Part shown: positions 30,930-40,233 of the stretch, one piece after another | How positions within the stretch are numbered: the stretch's first letter is position 1 | Layout: each line of letters starts with the position of its first letter | Source of the DNA: Cyanophyceae cyanobacterium | GTDB lineage: Bacteria; Cyanobacteriota; Cyanobacteriia; Cyanobacteriales; JBHJGN01 | Length of the DNA: 64,000 bases | Assembly: GCA_050331735.1 (NCBI GenBank) | Contig: JBHJGN010000004.1 | Coordinates: 128,001 to 192,000, forward strand | Direction of reading: 5' to 3' | Made by a program: the position numbers and the translations under genes | The notes under the pieces: model-generated | What the model saw: only the letters and a program-made list of their open reading frames with translations | What the model was told of the DNA's origin: nothing | Databases searched by the model: none

Positions 30930-31751
30930 TTGAAAATGCTTAATATATCCGTTAAGAATCAAACAAAGAAATCAGGATTTCGTTTGGGGGCGATCGCGCT
31001 ATCTGTAACAGCGCTGCTGCTTTCTGGCTGCAATCAACCAGAAGAAATCTCCCAAACTAACACAACAACTGAAGAAGTCACAGAAGAAACCGAACAGCTC
31101 ATTGGAGAAACCGTTACCATTCGCAGCGATGTCGCAGCGGAAGTAGGCGATGCTAGCTTCACCCTGCAATCAGATGAATTCTTTGGCGGGGAAGAAATCC
31201 TGGTTGTTAATGCCACCGGTACGGCAATTTTGCTGCCTCCCGATGATACTCCCGTTCAGGTGACGGGAGAAGTGGTCCAGTTTGTGCTTGCAGACATTGA
31301 ATCAGAGTACGGACTAGGGCTAGATCCGGAACTGTATGTTGAATACGAAGAACAACCTGCCATTATTGCTGAGTCTGTTGCCCTTGCCCCTGAACCGGAA
31401 GAATTGGCAGAAGACCCGGCAGCCTACTACAATCAGGTTGTTGCTGTAGAAGGAGAAGTAGCCGAAGTTTATTCTCCCAGCACCTTTACCGTCGGCGAAG
31501 AAGGCTGGTTTAGCGGCGGTGAGCTACTGGTTGTCGGCGTTGACCCAGAGTTCAGCATTGGAGATGCCGCCGTTGAAGAAGGAGAGTACGTCACCGTCAC
31601 GGGTGTTCTGCGTCCTTACGTGAGTGCTGATTTTGAACGCGACTACGATCTCACCTGGGATCTAGATTTGCAGCAGCAAATTGAGGCAGAATATACTGAA
31701 ACCCCCGTTTTAGCGGCTACTGAAGTATATCCATCGGCTATCGAGGAATAA
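30930..31751 (+). CDS. Acidic lipoprotein with an internally duplicated (OB-fold-like) domain
   Basis: Lipobox LLSGC; two related halves (VTIRSDV/VAVEGEV, FFGGEEILVV/WFSGGELLVV, VQVTG/VTVTG). Confidence 0.8.
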   Translation: MKMLNISVKNQTKKSGFRLGAIALSVTALLLSGCNQPEEISQTNTTTEEVTEETEQLIGETVTIRSDVAAEVGDASFTLQSDEFFGGEEILVVNATGTAILLPPDDTPVQVTGEVVQFVLADIESEYGLGLDPELYVEYEEQPAIIAESVALAPEPEELAEDPAAYYNQVVAVEGEVAEVYSPSTFTVGEEGWFSGGELLVVGVDPEFSIGDAAVEEGEYVTVTGVLRPYVSADFERDYDLTWDLDLQQQIEAEYTETPVLAATEVYPSAIEE

Positions 31752-31761
31752 ACTTTGAACG

Positions 31762-31805
31762 ATCGCTAAAACGAGCGGAATCTTGAGTTTCGCTCTTTTA
31801 GCGAT
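31762..31805. terminator. Long stem-loop after the lipoprotein gene
   Basis: ATCGCTAAAACGAGCGGAA / TTTCGCTCTTTTAGCGAT imperfect inverted repeat. Confidence 0.55.
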
Positions 31806-31957
31806 GCCTACGACGGCTCACTTTGTTCTGGCGTTTCAGTCATTTTTGAGAGATGTTTTCCTAAAAAACCTCCTCTTACCTGTTGTAGATGAAAAAAGCG
31901 ATCGCTAATAGTATATTTGGAGCGGTGAAGCTTCAACAGATAAGCGCCTGAAAGAGC

Positions 31958-33988
31958 ATGGAACAGCGACAGGGACATAAAAAACTGAAAAAATGGAGTA
32001 AGCGATTCGCGACAGGAATACTTGGATGCATTTTACTGCTGCTTTTGTCAGTGCCTACGGCTGCCCGCAACACTCCTGAAATTCCCATTTTAGATAATCA
32101 GCCTCTAGAAGTTCCTCAGTCTCAACCGACCGTGACTCCTGCTATAACTTCTGGATTGACCGATCCTCAAGAGTTTGCGGCATTTACTAACGACTTCTTT
32201 CACAAGCAGCTATCAAAGTCAAAAATTCCTGGGGCAGTCATCTCCGTTGTTAAAGATGGCAAAGTGTTTTTTAGCAAGGGCTATGGCTATGCCAACTTAG
32301 AAAAGAAAATCCCTGTCGATGCCGAACGAACTGTGTTTCGTGTCGCCTCTTTGTCCAAGCTATTTACCTCTACAGCGGTGATGCAGCTTTACGAACGTAA
32401 TCTCATTGATATTCACAGTGATGTTAATGAATATCTAGAAGGTTGGCAGCTAGAGAATCCTTATTCCGAACCGGTCACTCCGGCTCGGATGATGATGCAC
32501 ACCGACGGGACAACACAGCGTCTAATCGGACTGGGGGCGCGAACAGAAGCACAGATGAAGCCGTTAGCCCAATATCTGCCCGAATACATGCCGCCGATTA
32601 ACTATTTACCCGGCAAGTTTTATAGCTATTCTAATCACAGTATTGCCCTGGCAGGCTATTTAGTAGAACAAGTAGCAGGGGTTCCTTTTGTCGAGTATAT
32701 CGACCAAAACATCTTGCAGCCTTTGGCTATGCAGCGCAGTAGCTTTCAGCAGCCGCCTCCACCGGAACTGGCAGACGATTTCGCTGTTGGCTATCGGGTA
32801 GCAGGGGGTCAATCAGAACCCGTTCCTTACCTCTATCTTAATATTGCGCCAGCGGCGGCATTGGAAACAACTGCCACCGATATGGCTCACTTTATGCTGG
32901 CTCATCTCCAGCAGGGACGCTACCAAAATGCCCAAATTCTCCAGCCAGAAACCGCCCGGTTGATGCATCAAACTCACTACCAGATTCATCCGCAGCTACC
33001 CGGTACGAGTTATGGCTTCCGAGAAAGATTGGTCAACAATCGACGAGCTATCGGACACTTAGGCAGCCTGCGGGGGTACTCTAGTTCTCTGACTCTGATT
33101 TCTGAAGAAGGTATCGGCATTTTTATTGCTGCTAACAGCTTTAATAACCTCCACGGACAATACATCGCTCAATTTTTTGATCGCTATTTCCCCAAGCCCA
33201 CAGAATCACTCGCTACTCCGCAACTCTCTCAGCAGCAGTTAGCTCGCTATACAGGAACTTATCGGGATATGGAATACCCGCGAGCGACAATGGCCAAAAT
33301 CGTCGGCGTGTTTCAGCATACTAAGATTACTACACAGCCAGACGGTACGCTACTTGCTCAAACTCCTAACCTGTTTTTTAGAGGAGTAGACAGCACCAAG
33401 CTCATTCCGACTGAAGAACCACGACTATTTCGCCGTCAGAGCGATGGTGATTTTACCTTCTTTGTTGAAGATGCATCGGGCAACATAACCCACGTTTCTA
33501 ACCCGCTCTACCCTAAAATCGGTACTTATCAGCGAGTGCATTGGTACGAAACAATCGGAGTCCATCTCGGCTTACTCGCTTTTTGCGTTCTTTTTTTCCT
33601 GACGGCTACGATTGCGGGAATAATTCGCCCGTTGGTGCGGGCTTTACAAGGAGAAGCTCTCTGTCCGCCCAAACTCACTGCGGCTCGCACCATAGCAGGC
33701 TTAATTGGCCTCCTCAACCTAATATTCTTAGTTGGTTTGCCTCTGTATCTGTGGCGGTGGGGCGCTTGGAAACTGGTGTACGGTGTGCCACCTGTCGCCG
33801 TTGGGTTCTTCTGTTTGCCAATACTGACAACGCTATTGTCTTTACTGTTACTAATTTTGATGCTGATTGTCTGGAGAAGGCCTGTGTGGTCATTAGGAGC
33901 GCGATCGCACTATAGTCTAGTCACGCTGGCGGCGATCGCCTTTATTCCCCTGCTAATGTACTGGAACCTTCTCGGGTTTCAATTTTAG
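31958..33988 (+). CDS. Beta-lactamase-family (AmpC-like) serine hydrolase with C-terminal membrane anchor
   Basis: FRVASLSK (SxxK), YSYSN (YxN) and HLG motifs; signal peptide; several C-terminal TM helices. Confidence 0.9.
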   Translation: MEQRQGHKKLKKWSKRFATGILGCILLLLLSVPTAARNTPEIPILDNQPLEVPQSQPTVTPAITSGLTDPQEFAAFTNDFFHKQLSKSKIPGAVISVVKDGKVFFSKGYGYANLEKKIPVDAERTVFRVASLSKLFTSTAVMQLYERNLIDIHSDVNEYLEGWQLENPYSEPVTPARMMMHTDGTTQRLIGLGARTEAQMKPLAQYLPEYMPPINYLPGKFYSYSNHSIALAGYLVEQVAGVPFVEYIDQNILQPLAMQRSSFQQPPPPELADDFAVGYRVAGGQSEPVPYLYLNIAPAAALETTATDMAHFMLAHLQQGRYQNAQILQPETARLMHQTHYQIHPQLPGTSYGFRERLVNNRRAIGHLGSLRGYSSSLTLISEEGIGIFIAANSFNNLHGQYIAQFFDRYFPKPTESLATPQLSQQQLARYTGTYRDMEYPRATMAKIVGVFQHTKITTQPDGTLLAQTPNLFFRGVDSTKLIPTEEPRLFRRQSDGDFTFFVEDASGNITHVSNPLYPKIGTYQRVHWYETIGVHLGLLAFCVLFFLTATIAGIIRPLVRALQGEALCPPKLTAARTIAGLIGLLNLIFLVGLPLYLWRWGAWKLVYGVPPVAVGFFCLPILTTLLSLLLLILMLIVWRRPVWSLGARSHYSLVTLAAIAFIPLLMYWNLLGFQF

Positions 33989-33999
33989 TGATTATTTTG

Positions 34000-34019
34000 A
34001 GCCAAGAGCGCTCTTGGCT
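34000..34019. terminator. Perfect 20-bp palindrome between convergent genes
   Basis: AGCCAAGAGCGCTCTTGGCT. Confidence 0.5.
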
Positions 34020-34840
34020 TATTCTCCTAGAGAAGAAACTTCGTGAGCCACTAAAACAGGAATGTTAGCATATTCTGCCTCAAGCTGTTGTTGAACTGAT
34101 AAATCCCAGTCTAGTTCGTATTCCTGTTCAAACTCCGCTAAAACAAAGGGACGCAAAATGCCAATCACAACAACATTGGCTTCGTTTTGAGCTTCAATTC
34201 CCGGCTGAGAGACAATAACGAGTAAATCTTCAGCTTCAAATACCTGTTCTTCATCCAGCTTAAACACTCCCGCTACAATCGTCTCTTCTACCTCTCCCTC
34301 AACGGCGATCTCTCGGTCATAGTAAGCTTCTGGGTTTTGAGTCACATCGCCCGGGTCTGGAGATAACGTCACGGTATCAGCAATAATTGCTGGCTTATTT
34401 TCGTACTCTTGGTACAGGTTTGGCTCTAGCGTCAGATTGTACTTGCGTTCCATTTCGGTACGCACAAACAGCTCCACTTTCCCGCTGACCCGCACTTCGG
34501 TTTCTTCTCCTCGGGGAAGCGCTAGGGAATCCGACGGACTGACGACTAATACAGGCTGCCCCCCAAACACCTGATCCTCATCTAAAGTAAAAGCTTTCTC
34601 GCTAAGAATTTTCTGAATATCGTTGCGAACGGTTACCCTTTGCCCAATTAAGTCCTCATTATCGGTGATGTCAGCTACATCCAGTTGAGCATCGTTATCG
34701 GTGGTGGAAGAGGGATTGGGAGGAGCGATACAGCCGAACGAGAGCATGGTGGCAATGGCGACTGAGCACCCGGCACTCAGTCGGATGCTCGTTCCCACGG
34801 TGCTGCTCAGTGCCGAGCTAATAGGAAAAAAAACTTTCAC
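34019..34840 (-). CDS. Acidic lipoprotein, paralog of 30930..31751
   Basis: Lipobox LSFGC; aligns by eye throughout (LIG..VT.R, FGG..VLVV, P.LY.EYE..PAIIA, AYY...AVEGEV, QQQ.EAEY...PVL.A.EV). Confidence 0.8.
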   Translation of the reverse strand: MKVFFPISSALSSTVGTSIRLSAGCSVAIATMLSFGCIAPPNPSSTTDNDAQLDVADITDNEDLIGQRVTVRNDIQKILSEKAFTLDEDQVFGGQPVLVVSPSDSLALPRGEETEVRVSGKVELFVRTEMERKYNLTLEPNLYQEYENKPAIIADTVTLSPDPGDVTQNPEAYYDREIAVEGEVEETIVAGVFKLDEEQVFEAEDLLVIVSQPGIEAQNEANVVVIGILRPFVLAEFEQEYELDWDLSVQQQLEAEYANIPVLVAHEVSSLGE

Positions 34841-34955
34841 GTTGAATAAGTGAGACGAAATAGAAAAATATGCAAGCTATATTAGATTAGCACGGCATAA
34901 AATCGAAAAAATCCTCCAAAAGCCACAAATAAAGCCTATTAGCCCGATAAAAAAC

Positions 34956-35768
34956 TTACCTAACGGCATAGCGTCGGTAACGAGCGGCAATAAACATATA
35001 CAATCCATACGCCATGAACCCAGTTCCCACCAGGCCCAACCATAGCGAACCGAAAGTCTGCTCCTCTAGAGTTTGAAAAGCATGCTGCATTCCTCCTGCG
35101 GCCTCTGAACTTGCATAAAATGCCGCCTGTACGGTGAAGGTTCCGATTAAAACAAAGGCAATGCCCCGAGCAGCAACTCCCACTTTTCCGATGCGTGTTG
35201 CCCATCGTTCTAGTCGATGATGAATATCTGAGGACTGAAACTCGCTGACATAAGACCCTGTCCACGCTCCGTAGAGGTAGCCTAAACCAACGGCTATCAC
35301 GGCGAGGCCGCCAAGAAAGACCAACCATTCTCCAAACGGTAGCTCAAACAGTTGATTGGCTAAGTCCTCGATGATGTCGTCATTTTGCCCTTGCCCTTGT
35401 GCTAAATTAGCCGCCGTCAAGCTAACTCCAGCATAGCTGGTCGCGCTCATCGCATAGCCGATTCGTTTGCCAACTCTTTTGAGGGATAAAGAATGAGAAC
35501 CGGGATCGATGGCTACCTGAATCAACCGTCGCAGCACATAGCCTAGTAAAGCGACTGCTAACAGACCCAGGAATAGCTGTCCGAGGGGCTGACGCGCGAG
35601 AGTGGTTAGGGTGAGATACGTTCCTGCCGCTTCCTCAGCGGGTATTAGGGCGGCTCGCACTGCCAAGATGCCGATCAGCAGGTAAACACTTCCTTTAGCG
35701 GCATAGCCAATCAAAATAAATGCTTGAATCCACGGATGAGCGATCGCCCGCTTGAGCCACTTCTGCAT
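34956..35768 (-). CDS. DUF1206-domain membrane protein
   Basis: Repeated GYAAKG.VY / G.AARG.AF units with QPLG, LPFG and QTFG loops. Confidence 0.85.
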   Translation of the reverse strand: MQKWLKRAIAHPWIQAFILIGYAAKGSVYLLIGILAVRAALIPAEEAAGTYLTLTTLARQPLGQLFLGLLAVALLGYVLRRLIQVAIDPGSHSLSLKRVGKRIGYAMSATSYAGVSLTAANLAQGQGQNDDIIEDLANQLFELPFGEWLVFLGGLAVIAVGLGYLYGAWTGSYVSEFQSSDIHHRLERWATRIGKVGVAARGIAFVLIGTFTVQAAFYASSEAAGGMQHAFQTLEEQTFGSLWLGLVGTGFMAYGLYMFIAARYRRYAVR

Positions 35769-35979
35769 CTGATAAAATTAAGTCGTGCTCCTTGGCATCA
35801 TTTCTGAAAATAGACTCCGTTAATCTGCCAAGAATTCTATTTTCGTCTCTAATACTCGACCTAGCAACCTACTCAGGTATTAAGTCAAAACCGACACCCC
35901 CCTCAAAAGGATTTAAAGAGTAGTGTTGTTGTCTATACCAATAGTTACACCATCAACTCTCACGCCGCGTGGTGCTGAG

Positions 35980-37266
35980 CTACCGGCCTAACTTATTCGG
36001 AATTCCTTCACAGCCGCCAGGAATCGTGGCTCTGGTAGCTTCGCCCCCCCAGCTACACAGGTAATAGCGCTGTTCTTCACTCAAGCGCTGTGCGCCTGTA
36101 AAATCGGCTTTTTCCACAACGGCTCCTGTATGAGCACCGATGCTGTAGTTAGCCGGAAGAGTGCGGCTTCGAGGACTGGCCGTTTCCACCAGACCATAGA
36201 ACAGACGAGTTCCTTTAAGATCGGCTCCGACGAGCTTTGCTTCATAGAGCACCGTTCGAGCCAGATTCGCTTTTACCAGATCGCAAAAGCTCAGATCGGC
36301 CCGCACCATGTTGGCTTCACTGATGTCGGTCCAGCGCAGATCCTGGCCAGCTAGATTGGTCCCGGCTAAAATCACTCCCAAATCGATCACGCGCAAGCCG
36401 TAGGCCCGATCTTCAGCATAACCACCGCGACCATCGAGAATCGGTCGTCCGAGGTGGCGATCGCGCATTAAGGGAGTCAGCAGCCGAGACTGAGAGAGAA
36501 AGCGAATAATTTTTGCTTTTCCTGCGGCATCGACGCTACTTAAAATAGCCGCAGTGCGTCCTTCGGCGATCGCTCGTTCTTGGGGCCAGTCTTCGAGCAG
36601 TCCTTCGTCGTTGAGGGCCAGGTCGGAAATGCCCTGGAAATAAGTATCAATGGTCTGTTGCTGAGTAATCCGATTTTGCTGAATGGTGAGATCCCGAGAA
36701 ATCACGTATTGTTGCCAAGCAACGTAAACTGCCAGAATCGCGATCGCGATCTGCCCCACCGCAGCAACCCAGTCGGCCCAAGAGCCAAACTCATCGAAGG
36801 TAATTCGGTCAAACCATCCTCTTACCAGGCGAAAGGCTCCTGCATACCTAAGAATTCCGGCGATTGCCACCACTAAACCAACGGTCCCAATCACAACTTT
36901 GCGCTCTTGGGGTGTAAAAAACCTCACAATCCAGTTCCGAACCAAAGGCAGCACAATTTGCAGAGACAGAAACAGGGCAACCAGAGCTGCCGGCAGTCCT
37001 AGCCAGAGCAAATCAAACCACAACCCTACCCCCATCAGGACAACAGCCGCAATAATTACCCAGCCACTGTTATCGGCCTGCGCCTGCACTAGCTGATTTG
37101 GGGAAGGAGGAGAGCCGTTGCTGCTGTCGTCTTGCTTAAGATTGACCGCAGCAGCAAGCTTTTGCAAAACTGGTTCTCCTTGAGCGTCGTTACCGCCGTT
37201 TGAAGTGTTGCCAGCGGAATGGGGAGATTCTTCCGAATGATTCACAGAATCTGGTTGCTCGGTCAT
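35980..37266 (-). CDS. Membrane-anchored pentapeptide repeat protein
   Basis: N-terminal TM segments; A(N/D)L-type pentapeptide repeats in the C-terminal half. Confidence 0.88.
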   Translation of the reverse strand: MTEQPDSVNHSEESPHSAGNTSNGGNDAQGEPVLQKLAAAVNLKQDDSSNGSPPSPNQLVQAQADNSGWVIIAAVVLMGVGLWFDLLWLGLPAALVALFLSLQIVLPLVRNWIVRFFTPQERKVVIGTVGLVVAIAGILRYAGAFRLVRGWFDRITFDEFGSWADWVAAVGQIAIAILAVYVAWQQYVISRDLTIQQNRITQQQTIDTYFQGISDLALNDEGLLEDWPQERAIAEGRTAAILSSVDAAGKAKIIRFLSQSRLLTPLMRDRHLGRPILDGRGGYAEDRAYGLRVIDLGVILAGTNLAGQDLRWTDISEANMVRADLSFCDLVKANLARTVLYEAKLVGADLKGTRLFYGLVETASPRSRTLPANYSIGAHTGAVVEKADFTGAQRLSEEQRYYLCSWGGEATRATIPGGCEGIPNKLGR

Positions 37267-37355
37267 GCGCCATCAAAATAAACCTTCTTCTTTATAGCCA
37301 ATTACAGCTAGGAAAATAAAGTTTACTACCCATAGGGGAAGGCGGTCGAGCGCTC

Positions 37356-38960
37356 TCAGTGAAAATCCGCTTCCCAAACGCCGATATAGATGCGACCAAA
37401 CTCATTCCGTCGAATCATGCCCTCAAGCTCTCCTGCCTCAAACGAACGCATATCGGTTTGCCGCTCATAAATCCGCCTCAAGCCCTCACTGGCAGCGGTG
37501 GGGGCATTTCCTCCTAATAATTGCTTGAGGGTTGCCTGCATGGTCGCTAAATCGACCGACGACGCAAACGTAACCTCCGTTTGCCGCAATCTTCCTGTAC
37601 TGGTATCAAATAGCAGACCCAGGTCAGCCTGCTCAGGACCGACGTTTCTGTACAGCCACGCTCGACTTCCCTCCCAGTATCCTTGTTTATTGCTGGTCGG
37701 TTCTCCGAGTGCCGCTAACACCTGCTCTTGAGTCACGCCTGTGGCCAAAGTCGGAACGGTAGCATTGTCCTGACGAGAAGCTGGCGGGGCTAGCGGTTCA
37801 GGTTCAGGAATGGACGGCAGCGGTTCGGGGAGGGGGACTGCCTCTGGCGGGGCTGGCTCGTTCTCTACTGGTTCTTCTAGGAGAGGCTCCGGTGGAGACG
37901 GCTCTAGCGGTTCCGGAGTGGACACAACAGGCTGGCGCTGCGGAGAAAACCAGTTAAAGCCAACAGCAAAGGCAATGCCGCCCATAGCGGCTAGCAGAAA
38001 CAACGGCAGTAGCCGAATCAACCAATTCGTTTGAGTTTTTTGGGCAGGGGGAACAGCGGTTGTTCGAGATGATGAGACTGGAGCCGTCTTGAGAGGGGGA
38101 CGATGCAATGGAGTCCGGGGAGAAACAACCACCGTGGGAGTCGTTTTAGCCGGATAGAGAGCCTCTCGCATTTCTACTGCCGAGGCGAAGCGGTCTTTGG
38201 GGTGAAACTGAATGGCTCGGTCGATGACGGTTGCTAAATGAGCATCAACTTGAGGAGCATCTTTGTGCCACAGAATTGCTCCGGTGCGCGGATTGGTGTC
38301 CAATTCTTGGGGAGATTTGCCCGTCAGGAGGTAAATCGCTGTTAGCCCGAGGCTGTAGAGATCGCTAGAGTAGAGCGGACGTCCCGCCGCCTGTTCTGAT
38401 GCCATATAGCCGGGGGTTCCCACGGCGATAGTGGCAGTTCGTCCGCGCTCAACAGCGGTGGCGATCGCCTCTTTAACCGCCCCAAAATCAATTAGCACTG
38501 GTTTGCTGTCGGCAGAGCGCAAAATGATGTTGTCTGGTTTAATATCTCGGTGCAGAATGTGACGAGAGTGAACATAGTCTAGAACGGGGAGAATGTCGCC
38601 TAAAATAGCTTTGACTTTCCCTGCTGGTACAGAACCTTGCTGAACAAGTTCCTGAAGCGTCACTCCTTCAATCCATTCCTGGACTAGATAAAAATCACCC
38701 GCCTCGGCAAAATAAGCATACAGACGCGGAATTTGACCATGTCCCTCGCCCAACTGCTCTAAGATAGCGGCTTCTCTTTGAAAGCTTGCCTGCACCCACT
38801 GCTCCATGTTTGGATCTTGTACTGCTGGCTGAAGCTGCTTAATCGCGCATTTCCTCCCAGAAGGCATATGGGTATCAACTGCCAGAAATGTCTGACCAAA
38901 GCCGCCTCTCGCCAATGGTTGGAGAATGCGATAGCGGTTGTTGAGCAGTGGTGTCTCCAT
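37356..38960 (-). CDS. Ser/Thr protein kinase (Hanks type) with TM helix and extracytoplasmic domain
   Basis: GGFGQT, AIK, HRDIKPDN, DFG and GTPGY motifs; start placed at METPLL. Confidence 0.93.
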   Translation of the reverse strand: METPLLNNRYRILQPLARGGFGQTFLAVDTHMPSGRKCAIKQLQPAVQDPNMEQWVQASFQREAAILEQLGEGHGQIPRLYAYFAEAGDFYLVQEWIEGVTLQELVQQGSVPAGKVKAILGDILPVLDYVHSRHILHRDIKPDNIILRSADSKPVLIDFGAVKEAIATAVERGRTATIAVGTPGYMASEQAAGRPLYSSDLYSLGLTAIYLLTGKSPQELDTNPRTGAILWHKDAPQVDAHLATVIDRAIQFHPKDRFASAVEMREALYPAKTTPTVVVSPRTPLHRPPLKTAPVSSSRTTAVPPAQKTQTNWLIRLLPLFLLAAMGGIAFAVGFNWFSPQRQPVVSTPEPLEPSPPEPLLEEPVENEPAPPEAVPLPEPLPSIPEPEPLAPPASRQDNATVPTLATGVTQEQVLAALGEPTSNKQGYWEGSRAWLYRNVGPEQADLGLLFDTSTGRLRQTEVTFASSVDLATMQATLKQLLGGNAPTAASEGLRRIYERQTDMRSFEAGELEGMIRRNEFGRIYIGVWEADFH

Positions 38961-39159
38961 TAGAGAACAAGCGATGAGTTGATGAAGTGTACTTTCAATC
39001 ATAGCTTTCTCATTGGCGCTATCCGATAAATGAGTGGCAATTAAGCAACTGTCAGCACAGAAAGCTGATGCCGGAGAGTGCTGTTGTTTGGTAAGCGAGC
39101 TAACAGCTAACCACTTTTTCAAGTTTCATTGGTAACGTAGCTCATGCCATTTTTTCTGG

Positions 39160-39693
39160 CTATTTTAAATCCAGTAATCCTTGTTCTTTTGTTTTAGGAT
39201 TAAATCGAATTTCCAGCTTAACTCCCCGCTTTTCTAGCTGTTGTTTAATGTCTTCCTCAACGCGCCGTGCTACTTTTTTGAGCAGCTTAACCTGCTCTAG
39301 TTCTGTTCCCTGCTCGTACTCTTCCCGTTCTGCCTCGGTCATTGCGGGTTTAGCATCGATAGGCTCCGTCCAAGTTGCCTCTGCTTCTTCATTGCCAGAA
39401 GGAATCGAGCCATTTTCTGCAATCCACGCTTGACGCATCGATTCTAAAACGATTCGGTTAGGGCGCTCAATCGTTTGCACTTTGAGCCAATAACAGGACT
39501 CTGGCTGACGAACTAAATGTTGTTTAAGGCTAAGATAAATATCACGGGAATAGCCAATATACTGAAGAATTTTATCTTGACTGTAAATAGCATAAACACC
39601 AATCTTGCCTTGGAGTTTTTCAGCAATAAGTCCATTGTGATTGAGATAGGAAATATAGTCGAGACTAGATAGTGAAGCGTTTTGGGCAACCAT
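39160..39693 (-). CDS. GIY-YIG family protein
   Basis: GVYAIY...QYIGYSRD..LSLKQHL. Confidence 0.85.
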   Translation of the reverse strand: MVAQNASLSSLDYISYLNHNGLIAEKLQGKIGVYAIYSQDKILQYIGYSRDIYLSLKQHLVRQPESCYWLKVQTIERPNRIVLESMRQAWIAENGSIPSGNEEAEATWTEPIDAKPAMTEAEREEYEQGTELEQVKLLKKVARRVEEDIKQQLEKRGVKLEIRFNPKTKEQGLLDLK

Positions 39694-39771
39694 TAATCGT
39701 GTTAATTCGAGTAAGAGTAAAAGGTCTTTTCTATCATTTTTGTGTCAGTCGGCGCAGAATAAACAACGTTA

Positions 39772-40092
39772 TTAAATTTTGTGATAGATAGCACAGAGGC
39801 GACTTGGTTTAAAAATTTTGGCTTTAAACATAAAGTTAGGAGGAACGTTAATAATCACGTAGTTTTCTGAATTGTGATAGTGTTCAAATTCGGCAGGCAT
39901 TCCTCTAGGGGTTTCTCTGCTGTAGGGAACAGGTTGAAACAATAACTGCGTAAACTCAATCTTTGCGCCGCCAGTTTGTTGGCTGACCTGCTCCAGAAAT
40001 TGCTCGTTCTCTAGGAGGCCAAACAGGGTTTCTTGAGCGCTTGGTTCCAGAGTAAAGCTACCATCAAAGTTTTCAACGATTTTAAGACGCAT
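39772..40092 (-). CDS. Hypothetical protein
   Basis: 106-aa ORF co-oriented in the uvrC-GIY-YIG run. Confidence 0.7.
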   Translation of the reverse strand: MRLKIVENFDGSFTLEPSAQETLFGLLENEQFLEQVSQQTGGAKIEFTQLLFQPVPYSRETPRGMPAEFEHYHNSENYVIINVPPNFMFKAKIFKPSRLCAIYHKI

Positions 40093-40233
40093 AGTGTCAG
40101 AAATAAGGCTGATTACAAACGGCTCAAAGCAATCTTACCTGAGAAGATGGAGTGTAGTGACAGGAATACCGCTGTGTTTGTAAAGAGACTTAATATTTTG
40201 TGGGAGACATTTCATCAACTACCCCTGTAATCC

